From Eledone cirrhosa (taxonomy: Eukaryota), in the NCBI GenBank assembly GCA_964016885.1, contig OZ024755.1, positions 19,902,001-19,966,000 of the forward strand: DNA of 64,000 nt. Direction: 5' to 3'. Both the position numbers and the translations under genes were made by a program. The notes beneath the pieces were generated by a model. The model saw only the letters and a list, made by a program, of their open reading frames with translations, was not told where the DNA came from and did not search any database. Below are positions 26,208 through 40,937 of this stretch, piece by piece. Every line of letters begins with the position of its first letter. Position 1 is the stretch's first letter.

Positions 26208-26261
26208 GGTGGGGTAATGACACTTTGAACGTTACATTCCCTATATACATACAGACATACA

Positions 26262-26345
<84 letters not shown>

Positions 26346-26384
26346 GTAAATATACACGGGTGTGTATGATTGTGTATAGAAGAT

Positions 26385-26614
26385 TATATTAATAAGAGGA
26401 ATTCCAACTTTGTCTGATTTACTCGTTTTATTTACAATCCTTTAAAATATATAATGGTATTATAATGAAATAGTATGATAGAATATTAAATTCTAAGTGT
26501 TAATTAACACTTAGAATTTAATATTCTATCATACTATTTCATTATAATACCATTATATATTTTAAAGGATTGTAAATAAAACGAGTAAATCAGACAAAGT
26601 TGGAATTCCTCTTA

Positions 26615-26622
<8 letters not shown>
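26385..26622. repeat. Perfect 238-bp spacerless palindrome
   Basis: Centre TTAA|TTAA at 26503/26504; arms are exact reverse complements by eye; right end abuts (TA)n. Confidence 0.95.
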
Positions 26623-26662
<40 letters not shown>

Positions 26663-26884
26663 CATATATGTTCATATTATATATATATATATATATATAT
26701 GTATATGAATCAAAGTTCAGTTTAAATATAACTGCTCTGTAAAACAACTGATGCTATAACATTGAGCTATTTATCTTACTGGTAATAAGATAGTAATGAA
26801 TTACTGTCTTACACTATTTAGGGTTTAAAATATATATAACTATATAAGGTTTTATTATATACATAACCATAAATAGTATCCTTA

Positions 26885-28041
26885 ATAATATATATATGTA
26901 TATATATATATGAATATATATATATTTATACATCTATATGAATATATATATATTTATACATCTATATGAATATATATATATTTATACATCTATATGAATA
27001 TATATATATATATATACGTACATATGAATATATATATATATATACGTATATATGAATATATATATATATACATATATATGAATATATATATATATATATA
27101 CATATATATGAATATATATATATATATACATATATATGAATATATATATATATATACATATATATGAATATATATATATATATATACATATATATGTATA
27201 TATATATATATATATACATATATATGAATATATATATATATATACATATATATGAATATATATATATATATATACATATATATGTATATATATATATATA
27301 TATACATATATATGTATATATATATATATATATACATATATATGTATATATATATATATATATACATATATATGTATATATATATATATATATATATACA
27401 TATATATGAATATATATATATATATACATATATATGAATATATATATATATACATATATATGAATATATATATATATATACATATATGAATATATATATA
27501 TATATACATATAAATGTATATATATATATATACATATATATGAATATATATATATATACATATATATGAATATATATATATATATACATATATATGAATA
27601 TATATATATATATACATATATATGAATATATATATATATATACATATATATGAATATATATATATATATACATATATATGAATATATATATATACATATA
27701 TATGAATATATATATATATATACATATATATGAATATATATATATATACATATATATGAATATATATATATACATATATATGAATATATATATATATATA
27801 CATATATATGAATATATATATATACATATATATGAATATATATATATATATACATATATATAAATATATATATATATACATATATATGAATGAATATATA
27901 TATATACATATATATGAATATATATATATATACATATATATGAATATATATATTTATATGAATGAATATATATATATATATATGAATGAATATATATATA
28001 TATATACATATATATGAATATATATATATATATATGAATGA

Positions 28042-28073
<32 letters not shown>

Positions 28074-29998
28074 GAATATATATATATCCATATATATGAA
28101 TATATATATATATATATATATACATATATATGAATATATATATATATATACATATATACATAAATATATATATATATATACATATATATGAATATATATA
28201 TATATATATATATACATATATATGAATATATATATATATATACATATATATGAATATATATATATATATATACATATATATGAATATATATATATATATA
28301 TACATATATATGAATATATATATATATATATGAATGAATATATATATATACATATATATGAATATATATATATATATATACATATATATGAATATATATA
28401 TATATATATGAATGAATATATATATATATATATATACATGAATATATATATATCCATATATACATGAATATATATATATATATATACATATATATGAATA
28501 TATATATATATATATACATATATATGAATATATATATATATATATACATATATATGAATATATATATATATATACATATATATGAATATATATATATATA
28601 TATATATACATATATATGAATATATATATATATATATACATATATATGAATATATATATATATATATACATATATATGAATATATATATATATATATACA
28701 TATGTATGAATATATATATATATGAATATATATATGAATATATATATATATGAATATATATATATATGAATATATATATATATGAATATATATATATATA
28801 CATATATATGAATATATATATATACATATATATGAATACATATATATACATATATATGAATACATATATATACATATATATATATACATATATATATGAA
28901 TATATATATATATACATATATGAATATATATATATATATACATATATGAATATATATATATATACATATATGAATATATATATATATACATATATATGAA
29001 TATATATATATATACATATATATGAATATATATATATATACATATATGAATATATATATATATACATATATATGAATATATATATATATATATGAATATA
29101 TATATATATATATGAATATATATATATATATATGAATATATATATATATATATATGAATATATATATACATATATATGAATATATATATATATATACATA
29201 TATATGAATATATATATATATATATACATATATATGAATATATATATATATATATACATATATATGAATATATATATATATATATACATATATATGAATA
29301 TATATATATATATACATATATATGAATATATATATATATATACATATATATGAATATATATATATATATACATATATATGAATATATATATATATATACA
29401 TATATATGAATATATATATATATATACATATATATGAATATATATATATATATACATATATATGAATATATATATATATATACATATATATGAATATATA
29501 TATATATACATATATATGAATATATATATATACATATATATGAATATATATATATATATACATATATATGAATATATATATATATATACATATATATGAA
29601 TATATATATATATATACATATATATGAATATATATATATATACATATATATGAATATATATATATATATACATATATATGAATATATATATACATATATA
29701 TGAATATATATATATATATACATATATATGAATATATATATATATATACATATATATGAATATATATATATATATACATATATATGAATATATATATATA
29801 TATACATATATATGAATATATATATATATATACATATATATGAATATATATATATATACATATATATGAATATATATATATATATATGAATGAATATATA
29901 TATATATATATACATGAATATATATATATCCATATATATGAATATATATATATATATATATACATATATATGAATATATATATATATATACATATATA

Positions 29999-30066
<68 letters not shown>

Positions 30067-30968
30067 TATATATATATACATATATATGAATATATATATA
30101 TATGAATATATATATATATACATATATATGAATATATATATATATACATATATATGAATATATATATATATGAATATATATATATATACATATATATGAA
30201 TATATATATATATACATATATATGAATACATATATATACATATATATGAATACATATATATACATATATATATATACATATATATATGAATATATATATA
30301 TATACATATATATGAATATATATATATATACATATATATGAATATATATATATATACATATATATGAATATATATATATATATACATATATATGAATATA
30401 TATATATATATACATATATATGAATATATATATATATATACATATATATGAATATATATATATATATACATATATATGAATATATATATATATATACATA
30501 TATATGAATATATATATATATATACATATATATGAATATATATATATATACATATATATGAATATATATATATATATACATATATATGAATATATATATA
30601 TATATACATATATATGAATATATATATATATATACATATATATGAATATATATATATATACATATATATGAATATATATATATATATACATATATATGAA
30701 TATATATATATATACATATATATGAATATATATATATATACATATATATGAATATATATATATATACATATATATGAATATATATATATATACATATATA
30801 TGAATATATATATATATACATATATATGAATATATATATATATACATATATATGAATATATATATATATATACATACATATATATGAATATATATATATA
30901 TATATACATATATATGAATATATATATATATATATACATATATATGAATATATATATATATATATATA

Positions 30969-31012
<44 letters not shown>

Positions 31013-31150
31013 TATGAATATATATATATATATATACATATATATTAATATATATATATATATTTATACATATATATGAATATATATATATAAACATATA
31101 TATGTTCATATTATATATATATATATATTATATTATATTATATTATATTA
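26885..31150. repeat. About 4.2-kb (TA)n-derived satellite, unit TGAA(TA)nCA(TA)3
   Basis: Direct inspection; source of the >1000-aa Y/I ORFs. Confidence 0.98.
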
Positions 31151-31194
31151 TATGAACACGTGTGAGTGCGTGCTTATACATCGTGTACGATGAG

Positions 31195-31257
<63 letters not shown>

Positions 31258-31730
31258 TGTGTTTGTGTGATATTTACAGATATAAACAACTACTATAACG
31301 GTGTATCTTGGTATCTGGCAAATGTTTGATAACATACTACTATCTAATATGTGGGTAGCATTATTTTACAAAAAATATTGTTATTGCTACAGAACAGTCG
31401 ATATCAGATATCGGATATAAAGAATATATAGAAACACCAACGGAAAAGGAAATATGGTCGAAACTAAAACCGAGAGAAAAGTAATGTTCGTGTGATAAGG
31501 TTACATCATTCTTTGTTATTGGTATGTCGTAGTTTTGACTTTGATGGATATATAATTATTGGACTAGACAACAGATATATTGGGAATATATCACATAGCG
31601 CTGCTTAATATAATATAATTTCAGAGGAGTATGGACGTGTTGTGCCAACGGAGGCCATAATTATTTATATTTATAACAGTAACACATGTTAAAGCAAAGT
31701 AACCGCTGAGGAATATAGATTAATTAAGCA

Positions 31731-31732
<2 letters not shown>

Positions 31733-31775
<43 letters not shown>

Positions 31776-31870
31776 AACACACACACATATATCCACACAC
31801 ACATCCACACACACATCCACACACACACATCCACACACACACACACACATCCACACACACACACACACAT

Positions 31871-31918
<48 letters not shown>

Positions 31919-31963
31919 CCACACACACACACACACACATCCACACACACACACACACACATC

Positions 31964-32000
<37 letters not shown>

Positions 32001-32053
32001 CCACACACACACACACACATATATATCCACATATGTATATATATATATATACC

Positions 32054-32086
<33 letters not shown>

Positions 32087-32340
32087 CCACACACACACAT
32101 ATATACCCACACACATATAAATATACCCACACACATATATATATATATACACATGCATATATATATATATACACATGCATATATATATATATATACACAT
32201 GCATATATATATATATACATATACATATATATATATATATACATATGTGTACGCACACACAAACATATATATATACATACATATATATATATATATACAT
32301 ATGTATACACATACACAAATATAATTATATATATATACAT
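31733..32340. repeat. (TA)n/(CA)n/ATCC compound microsatellite
   Basis: Direct inspection. Confidence 0.95.
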
Positions 32341-32560
32341 CGACAGTCGATCGACTTTCGTCAAATCTGACCAAAGAAACAATGTTACCATTGGTCTTTC
32401 CAATTGCTAATACTATGTATAGGTCGCAACGCCAAGTAGAAGGAGCAACGTAAAATAAAGTGTCTTGCCCAAGGACAACGCATCACCTAGTCCATGAATC
32501 GAACTCACTAACTCACGATTACGAATTCAATTCTCTAACCACTCAGCCACACGTCTTCAT
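32341..32560 (-). mobile_element. Second tRNA-derived SINE family (CORE-like)
   Basis: Minus strand GTGGCTGAGTGGTTAGAG...GAGTTCGATTC...GTCCTTGGGCAAGACACTTTATTTTACGTTGCTCC. Confidence 0.8.
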
Positions 32561-33073
32561 ATAAAGTGGTGAGAGAATTGTAGCCGGATACAGCCGGTTT
32601 AAATGTTAAAAGGTTACCCCTTTAATGTTCAAACCAGCCAGAATTCTCCACCTCTGTATTTTTTCTTTGAGAGAACTGCTGGATTCTAATCTACCAGTCT
32701 CTTCTTAGCGCTGAGGGAGACCATCACCATTCTGTTAATATCGATATAATTCTTATATCGTTATTGACTGGGCATCCAGTGATGAGTTTATAAGAGCCTG
32801 CTTGTGTATAAAACTATGGATTATATACAAGTTTCTACATAACCTGGAAATTATTTATCCCAAATTGTAGAAATCTTATAACGAAACGGCCGTCTGGAAG
32901 GAAAGAGATATTTATTTAATAATGTCTCATATAAAATAATACAACCAGCTATCCACGAAATACTGATTAGTTAGCACTCCAAACACTAAATTGGGATAAT
33001 ACTTAAGTATATCCTAATGTTTGTTGAGTGAGATGGAGTTGGTCGGAGTATCGCTTAAGGCTTTCTCTGTTTA

Positions 33074-33112
<39 letters not shown>

Positions 33113-33115
33113 ATG

Positions 33116-33153
<38 letters not shown>

Positions 33154-33276
33154 CACACACACACATACTCGTATATAAACACAGACACATTCATTCACAG
33201 ATATATACGTGTCACGAACAAAGTACGGTGTGACTTCGAAGATAAACTGGCCCCGTTATATATATATATATATATA

Positions 33277-33460
33277 TAATAAAGAAAGTGTGGTAAGAAA
33301 CTAGGAGGACCATAACGCACCAGAGTACTCGATACTTAGGGTAGTAGAGTGGGTAATAGGAAAAGAGTCAGGACCGCCGACGGCTAAGCTCCGGCCGTTT
33401 CGACAGCTAGATGCGAACTAACCCAGCAGTCACTGCCGGAGAACAGCCATCGGGGTCTGA

Positions 33461-33462
<2 letters not shown>
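33277..33462 (-). mobile_element. Fold-back element, family B (diverged)
   Basis: Reverse complement of the 14170-14366 element with imperfect arms; flanked by (TA)n/(TC)n. Confidence 0.75.
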
Positions 33463-33499
<37 letters not shown>

Positions 33500-33897
33500 A
33501 AATATAGGAAAATCAGACGCAGAAAATGTACAAATGGTTGCTATAAATCATGGCTTAGGATTGTCACAATACTGTCACATTTCGGCATAGTTACGTAATA
33601 TTCATTCAGCAATGCGGCTCTACGTTGTACGTTAAATCCACCCAATTATTCAGAGATTCAGACTCATAATTCACATCTGCAATCTCAAAGATATTTTACG
33701 TAAGAAAAGATTTTACATGTCTCAGCAGACGTAAAATATTTGGATAGGAAGAATAAATCAACTACAATGATTATTTACATTGTCAATAGGTGTTGGTATT
33801 TTTATATTGTGTAGCCTGAGAATTTTAGATTACCTCTCTCTCATATATATACTGTATATATATATATATTATTATATATATATAATAATATATAAAT

Positions 33898-34088
33898 GAG
33901 CGATGGATTAGCAGTATCGGTAGAGGGTCGGACGCCATGCTTTCCAGCATAGTTACGTCCCTTTACGGACTGAGTTCAAATCCCGTCGAGGTTAACTTTG
34001 CCTTTCATCCTTACCGGGTCGATAAAATAAAGTACCAGTAATACACTGGATAATTGCTGGCCTTGTGCCAAAAGTAGAAACAATTATT
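33898..34088 (+). mobile_element. Meta-domain SINE, full length
   Basis: Family consensus match. Confidence 0.9.
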
Positions 34089-34342
34089 TAAGTCATATAA
34101 ACATCAGATATTTTATTTATATATATATATATATATATTATACACACACAACTTTGATACTTTTTCTCGACCTCGGAAGGAAAAAGAGGCAAACTAGTAC
34201 TGAGTCGATTCGTTCTCTATAATTCTTTCTCACTTTCTTTCACTGACTTTCCATCCTTCTCTGAAGGAAATCTGCTTTGTTCAAACCTGGAGAGAGATGC
34301 GATCCGCCAAGCTTAAAATAGTCAAGAAACGCCGTATGCCTC

Positions 34343-35353
34343 TGTCGTCCGTACGACTCCATCAGGAGTTACCAGACTATGTCGTCCGTACGACTCAATC
34401 AGGAGTTACCAGACTATGTCGTCCGTACGACTCAATCAGGAGTTACCAGACTATGTCGTCCGTACGACTCAATCAGGAGTTACCAGACTATGTCGTCCGT
34501 ACGACTCAATCAGGAGTTACCAGACTATGTCGTCCGTACGACTCAATCAGGAGTTACCAGACTATGTCGTCCGTACGACTCAATCAGGAGTTACCAGACT
34601 ATGTCGTCCATACGACTCAATCAGGAGTTACCAGACTATGTCGTCCGTACGACTCAATCAGGAGTTACCAGACTATGTCGTCCGTACGACTCAATCAGGA
34701 GTTACCAGACTATGTCGTCCATACGACTCAATCAGGAGTTACCAGACTATGTCGTCCGTACGACTCAATCAGGAGTTACCAGACTATGTCGTCCGTACGA
34801 CTCAATCAGGAGTTACCAGACTATGTCGTCCGTACGACTCAATCAGGAGTTACCAGACTATGTCGTCCGTACGACTCCATCAGGAGTTACCAGACTATGT
34901 CGTCCATACGACTCCATCAGGAGTTACCAGACTATGTCGTCCATACGACTCCATCAGGAGTTACCAGACTATATCGTCCATACGACTCAATCAGGAGTTA
35001 CCAGACTATGTCGTCCGTACGACTCAATCAGGAGTTACCAGACTATGTCGTCCATACGACTCAATCAGGAGTTACCAGACTATGTCGTCCGTACGACTCA
35101 ATCAGGAGTTACCAGACTATGTCGTCCGTACGACTCCATCAGGAGTTACCAGACTATGTCGTCCATACGACTCCATCAGGAGTTACCAGACTATGTCGTC
35201 CATACGACTCCATCAGGAGTTACCAGACTATATCGTCCATACGACTCAATCAGGAGTTACCAGACTATGTCGTCCATACGACTCAATCAGGAGTTACCAG
35301 ACTATGTCGTCCGTACGACTCCATCAGGAGTTACAAGACCATATCGTACATAC
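34343..35353. repeat. 37-bp minisatellite, 27 copies
   Basis: TGTCGTCC(G/A)TACGACTC(A/C)ATCAGGAGTTACCAGACTA, no spacers. Confidence 0.98.
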
Positions 35354-35959
35354 ACACACAAATATATATAAACACACATATACGCAGATGTACATATATT
35401 CATAACTTGTTTATCGATAACTATGTGGTTAAATACAATCATACATTTAGATGAATTTCTATAGAAATATGTGTCCACAAGCGTTCTCCGCGTAGTGTCT
35501 TGGGATAAGTGTGTGTTTATCTGCCTGCACATCTTAATATGTGTTTATAAATCTATATGAGTATATATACATGTATTTGTACCTGAGAAGATTAACTAAA
35601 ATTATGTTGAAGGGATAATTTAATGAGAGTCGGTCGGGTTTGTATAACAATATAAGAGAAAAGTTATTTACTAAAACAAAATTCAATTTATATTTATTTT
35701 TCCGTTATGACTAAGCTAAACAAATATACGTAGGGAAATAAACTTATTATCGAAGTGTAAAGTTGCATCTTCGAACTATTAACATTTTGACAAGTTGACA
35801 TATATGTGATAAAAATTAATAATTAATGAACAAGATTTCTGAATATGTTCTGTGTTATAAACACAATCTTGTCATTTGCAGACACTATGTTATTTAAAAT
35901 TGAACCAATGGCAAACATGTCTATAGCTAAGCTAACAAGGTATTTTATTTATATACAGT

Positions 35960-36600
35960 TCGTATGCTATACTTATATACTTCTAACTCCCTGTGTTGCA
36001 TCTACTTTCACTGTCTAAGATACTCGTTGTGCTTCACCCTTCAGATCGGCCAAATCGGACACCGGTTGTAAGATCAGTTTGTGGACTACCTCCGTAACAT
36101 TCACCTCGAAATCATTACCCCGCCTCGCTTCACTTTCGGTCCCCTGGGCATTGATTCAACAACTCGAACTGTTCATTGTCAGTCTACACCACGGATCAAA
36201 CCTGTCCAGACTAAGGAATAAACAATTCATTTGCCGGTTACATATCTCCTAGCCAGCTGAATGGAACTCACTACCTTAGTGACTCTAAAACTTATACAAG
36301 CCATTCGCACCTACTGTATGCGTGCAATCACTTAGCAGCAACTTTACATTACAACTTATCTCCCTTAACTTTAGCTCTCCTGTATCTACAACCATATCTA
36401 AACATCCATATGCACATTTTGCCAACTCTCTATGAACATTCATTGTTCACCCTTTATGTATTATGTGATAACCGGTGGAGCCCAAAGTGTTACGAATTGA
36501 CTTTCACCCTAATATAATGTTAAACTGTTATTCTCAGATTTTACGGAATTCTGTCTTTTCGTTTAGCATTTGTAGTTCGTCTCTTGTCTCACTGTATTAA
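35960..36600 (+). mobile_element. Decayed Penelope-like element 3' end (GIY-YIG endonuclease plus 3' UTR)
   Basis: Translation with one stop and a frameshift: C..C...QIGQIGHRL*DQFVDYLRNI.L...P/ASLHFRSPGH, matching the PLE GIY-YIG pattern YIGQT.R.L..RF.EHLR.I....PV..HF...GH. Confidence 0.75.
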
Positions 36601-36619
36601 AAAATGGCCATTGGTGTTA

Positions 36620-36800
36620 CGGAGCTACATCTGACTGAGTCACTGGTAGATGTATTCCAATTCATCCGCTGAGCTGGCCAGCCGCAGGTGTGAGCCTTGC
36701 GAATTGGAATGGTTCTTCCAGCGCGTCTCCCTTGCCGTCCTCCGGGGAAACGCCATCTCCATTCTGTCGGCCCGGGCTGTGAGGAGGCTATCCATATGAT
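36620..36800 (-). repeat. GC-rich interspersed repeat fragment, possibly RTE 5' UTR
   Basis: Homologous to 10480-10560; lies close to a minus-strand RTE RT fragment. Confidence 0.5.
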
Positions 36801-37000
36801 TGGCTGACTTGTCATTTTATCAGTCAACTGGTTCACTGCATTTCTGATGGTTTCATTGATAAATATCACAAATGTGTTCAGATTAAGATGACATTGAGGG
36901 AATGTATTCCAATAAAAATAAATTTAGGCACATTTTCATTTAAGATTTATTTTATTACATTTCTTTTGGTGTTTATACATATTATCTATGCTTTTTAATA

Positions 37001-37190
37001 TCAACTTTTTTTTTTATATAAAAAAAAAAGTAGCTTCATTACATAGTCAACAACAACCGTGGAATGATAACGAGATAAAATGTTACCCTGTAGTACGCCA
37101 GCAAAGACATTCAGTCGTCTTTCACCCTCTAGGAGTAACACTTGATAGAGTAAGGCTATGGTTTCCACAAGCTGTTCAGGTATTCGAGAA
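37001..37190 (-). mobile_element. RTE reverse transcriptase fragment
   Basis: IPEQLVETIALLY...AGVLQGNILSRY....VVDYVMK resembles the RT motif GVLQGDTLAPYLF...DYVM. Confidence 0.85.
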
Positions 37191-37421
37191 ACACACACAC
37201 ATACACGAACGTGAACACATACACAAATTTATAACATTTGTTCTCATTCCTATAAACATAAGTAGGAACGCGAAAGAAAATCGTAAAAGCTAGCATATAT
37301 GAATGAATATATGAATGGATATATGAATGGATATATATACATACATATATACATATATAACTGTCTTTCCTAACCATGACACACTACTAATACATCTACG
37401 TGTTCTCTCCTTATCAGAACT

Positions 37422-37455
37422 TTTCTGATGAAGCACTTCTGTCCGAAACGTTGAA
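37422..37455 (+). ncRNA. Minimal hammerhead-like motif in family A pseudo-LTR (37380-37530)
   Basis: TTT-CTGATGA-A-GCAC-ttct-GTCC-GAAA-CG-TT-GAA; intact core, palindromic AACGTT stem III, one stem II mismatch. Confidence 0.7.
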
Positions 37456-37939
37456 CCCTCCCCACTTCCTCCAAGCGTGAACCTAATATAACTATTTTCA
37501 CATTCCTCTGCTTTGTTTTGTTTCATTTATTAATTCTCTCAAATACATACACACACACACGTGATTGTAAGAATTATCCGTCATCCACTTGAACGGACAA
37601 GAGATGTTCGCTTACGTGGGCTGTTTGTATATATTGGGATTAATATATTTATAGTAAAGTATATTTAATAAATCGAAGAGCAAGTTTTTAAGTTACTTCA
37701 TTACTTTTACAAACAAAGATTTAAAGATGTGATCTAGTCTCTATTTGATTATCTTCTCCTCCTGAATTTTATAAATGGAAGGCTTGCGGCTGTATCTCAG
37801 TAATTGGGTAGTTAGCCTTAAGTTTATAAAATATTTTTTTATTTTTTTCATTTCTAGAATCAAATCAATAAGTTCATTACTTCTGCAGTAGCAAAGTTAT
37901 AAGATTTTACATAAATACTTATAAATCCTGAAGGATATA

Positions 37940-37952
37940 TGTGTGTGGTGTG

Positions 37953-37988
<36 letters not shown>

Positions 37989-38205
37989 GGTGTATGAATG
38001 TACATATTCATACATATACATATATACACATCCATATATATATATACATATATACAAAAATATTCATATATATACATACATACATATTCAAATATATACA
38101 TATATATACATACATACATATTCAAATATATACATATATATACATACATACATATTTATACATATACATACATAAATACATACATATTTATATATATACA
38201 TACAT
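37940..38205. repeat. (TA)/(TACA) microsatellite
   Basis: Direct inspection. Confidence 0.9.
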
Positions 38206-38759
38206 TTCCCACTCAAGCCTCACATATAAGAAAAATAAGATTAGGTTTATTTAGAGATACTTCGGTTATATGCGAACTTATTTTCGAAGCCAACAGCTTA
38301 AACATAAAATCTGATAACGTTAGTGAAATATCCGAAACTATTTTTCGTTGTCTTGTACACATTACAAATATGTGATCGTCTGACTTTATTTATAACATTG
38401 TATACATTCCTGCTATAGATAGCTATGTTATAATGAGCAAATATTCCCAGAATAAATCAATTCTTAATTAACAATGTACACGTCAATTGAAGCAGCAAAA
38501 AAAAGCATTCTGTATTATTTCTTATATAAACATTGATTTTGAGACTTTGAGGCGAATAGTTTAAAAGTTCGCACCTCTACAGCAACTATATGAATGAATC
38601 CAACTGATGAGCAAAACAACAACATTGAGACCTAGAAGTTTCAAAAAGAAATATTCTCTAAATGTTCGTAAGACACTTCGTCGTCACCCAGAATAGAATG
38701 ATTTCTGATTTAAGCACAAGGCTAGCAATTAAATAGATATATAGATAGATAGATATCGC

Positions 38760-39045
38760 AGGCAGGAAAATATGGTTACGGAATTAGTGGTACTGTAACA
38801 ATTTGGAGAAGTGTCTTTTTTTCTCTATAACTTTCAGTCGACATATACATTGTAAATAAAATTTTGTACACGATATGTGTGTGCATATGGGTGCATATGC
38901 TTATGGCTTGTTTGTTGCATGTGACGTAGCGCTTTGACGGAAAGATATCAATAAATAATTAATAGGGTCAAGATGATCGACCAATTTCCATCAAAATGGT
39001 GCTCCAGCATGAGCGCAGTCTCATAAGTAAAACTAGTAAATGACT
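38760..39045 (+). mobile_element. Old tRNA/CORE-like SINE remnant
   Basis: TGGTTACGGAATT...TTGGAGAAGTGTCTTTT.CTATA...; strongly diverged. Confidence 0.4.
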
Positions 39046-39244
39046 AAAAATAAATATATGCAAACACACACATATACGCATATCTCAATATTTATGTAAC
39101 GTAGCATAACGGGAAAGACATGGTTACTTTGAAAACTATAATATTTTAAAATCTAAATCTATAAAGAACCACTATGTTTATTAGAACTTGCATTTTCTCC
39201 TACATTATTTGATTATTTGATAAAGTTCACATAAATAGCATTAA

Positions 39245-39426
39245 GTAGCAGAATGGCCCGGCGTTGCTCGGGATTCTAATGCGGTCCCTAGGGCATTGAA
39301 CATTTGCAATATCTTTTGCTCAAAACACTCACACGACCATAAGTATTACATGTGTAAAGTTTGAAAACAATCGGTTGGGTGGTTCTCAGACAGACAGACA
39401 GACATTCTTTGCTTTAGATATATAGA
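39245..39426 (-). mobile_element. Non-autonomous Helitron (about 180 bp)
   Basis: Minus strand 5' TCTATATAT..., internal (TGTC)n, subterminal hairpin CCCGAGC-AAC-GCCGGG, 3' CTAC (CTRR-like), inserted between A and T. Confidence 0.8.
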
Positions 39427-39554
39427 TGATATAATCTTAGAAAAGTACCAGTCACGCAAAGTACCAGTCTTTGAAAATTATTTGAGAGTTATCTATTTTC
39501 TATATAATTACAGATCACAGCGCAGAAAAAAAATATTAGCCATGTTTAAAAATA

Positions 39555-39756
39555 TTGGTTTCTTATATAGGCACAAGGCCATCAATTTCGATTAACTCGA
39601 CCTCAGTACGTGACTGGTACTTTATTTTATCGACCCCGTAAGGATGAAAGGCAAATTTAACTTCAGCGGGATTTGAACTCAGATCATAAAGGGCCGTAAC
39701 TCCATATTGCAAAGCATGGTGTTCGACCCTCTACCGAAACTGCTAATCCACCGCCC
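39555..39756 (-). mobile_element. Meta-domain SINE, full length
   Basis: Family consensus match. Confidence 0.9.
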
Positions 39757-39907
39757 TTAAAATTATTGACAATGAGCTGAAGAAGTAAAATATCTAACTT
39801 AAAAATAGGATAAATAGAGCGAAATTGAAATAATCTTTGAGTAAGTTGTTTCTGAGAGAGGTCAACTACGTCGGTAACGATTTAATATTCCCTAATACAC
39901 TATACAA

Positions 39908-40240
39908 ACCGGCGAAATAGGAGAGTCGTTAAAATGTCGGATAGAAAGCTTTGCAGTATTCGACTCAGCTCTCTGACGTCAGCATTGCTTTTCATCCATT
40001 CAAGGTCCCTAAAAAAGTACCAGTCAAGAAATAGGGTCGATTCTTCCTCTAAATCTCTTTCTCACTTCCATTCTCTCGATCTCTCTATTCTTCCCTGGAA
40101 GAAATCTACTGTATTCAGACAAAGAGAGGATTGGGCTCCACCGGGTTCAAATATATCCTAGGAAAGCCATATGTTAATATAGTACCCGTACAACTGCCTT
40201 TGAAGCTAAGGGACGATGCCATGCAATACACTATACTACG
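39908..40240 (+). mobile_element. Long-tailed Meta-SINE subfamily copy (diverged)
   Basis: tRNA-like head, TTGCTTTTCATCCATTCAAGGTC core, tail shared with 25760-25930 and 34200-34360. Confidence 0.6.
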
Positions 40241-40937
40241 CCTGTCTCCATTACATACTTATGCATTGCGCACGTATATCCCAGCAGAAAAAGTATCAGA
40301 TATAAACGCTTCAAGTAAAGGAATGCGTTGAATATATTAGCGTAGTTTTCATTTTAAAGTATCATCACCTGAAATGTTCGCTGTATGTAACTGTCAATAA
40401 TAGAGATAATTATTAAAATCCTGAGGTATCGAGTTCCGATGAATAAATACATTCAGAAATAAGTTTAGAAATACTATCTAATATCTGTTTACCGATACGT
40501 TTCACCAGCAAAATTATTGCTTTGCTAGTTTTCCTCGAACTATGTTATTAAATGACCTCATTGCTTGCCTTGCCTCACGCAGAAGTCGCATTAGAAGGAT
40601 GCATATATTAAATTTAGATTGACGTCAGAAGAAATGGTATGGCATTAAAAGCTGAAATTAAACGCTACTGAATAATGGCAAGATTATAATGACCACACGA
40701 TGGTATAGAATGAGGACACCATCTTTATTGCATATAAAATCAGATTATATGCAATTTTACTTTTAATTATTTTCTTAAGATTTAGTTAAAGGTAGTATAA
40801 CAGCGTCACGGAGTCGAAACCAAAACCACGAAACTGAGCAACGAACATAGCAGATTCCTTTTATGTGATATGTATTCTTGCGTAGACGTGAGGATAACAT
40901 ATAGACGTGTTTAATAATGTCTTAAAACTGGATTAAA

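Noticed and set aside
26962-31109. ORFs of more than 1000 aa rich in Y and I (also 57569-61667, 6280-6885, 31689-32410)
   Set aside because: Translations of (TA)n, (CA)n and (TG)n microsatellites
34343-35353. CRISPR array (37-bp repeat with internal palindrome)
   Set aside because: Units are directly adjacent with no unique spacers, there are no cas genes, and the context is eukaryotic
34343-35353. Tandem hammerhead array on the minus strand (CTGATTGA-GTC-gtacg-GAC-GACA-TA-GTC)
   Set aside because: Core has an extra base, GAAA is GACA in every unit, and no stem I can form; better explained by SINE tail origin
34297-35454. 385-aa repetitive protein
   Set aside because: All three plus frames are open only because the 37-bp unit lacks stops; no evidence of coding function
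38604-38642. CTGATGAG...GAGAC hammerhead-like motif
   Set aside because: Weak stem II, no GAAA and no valid cleavage triplet
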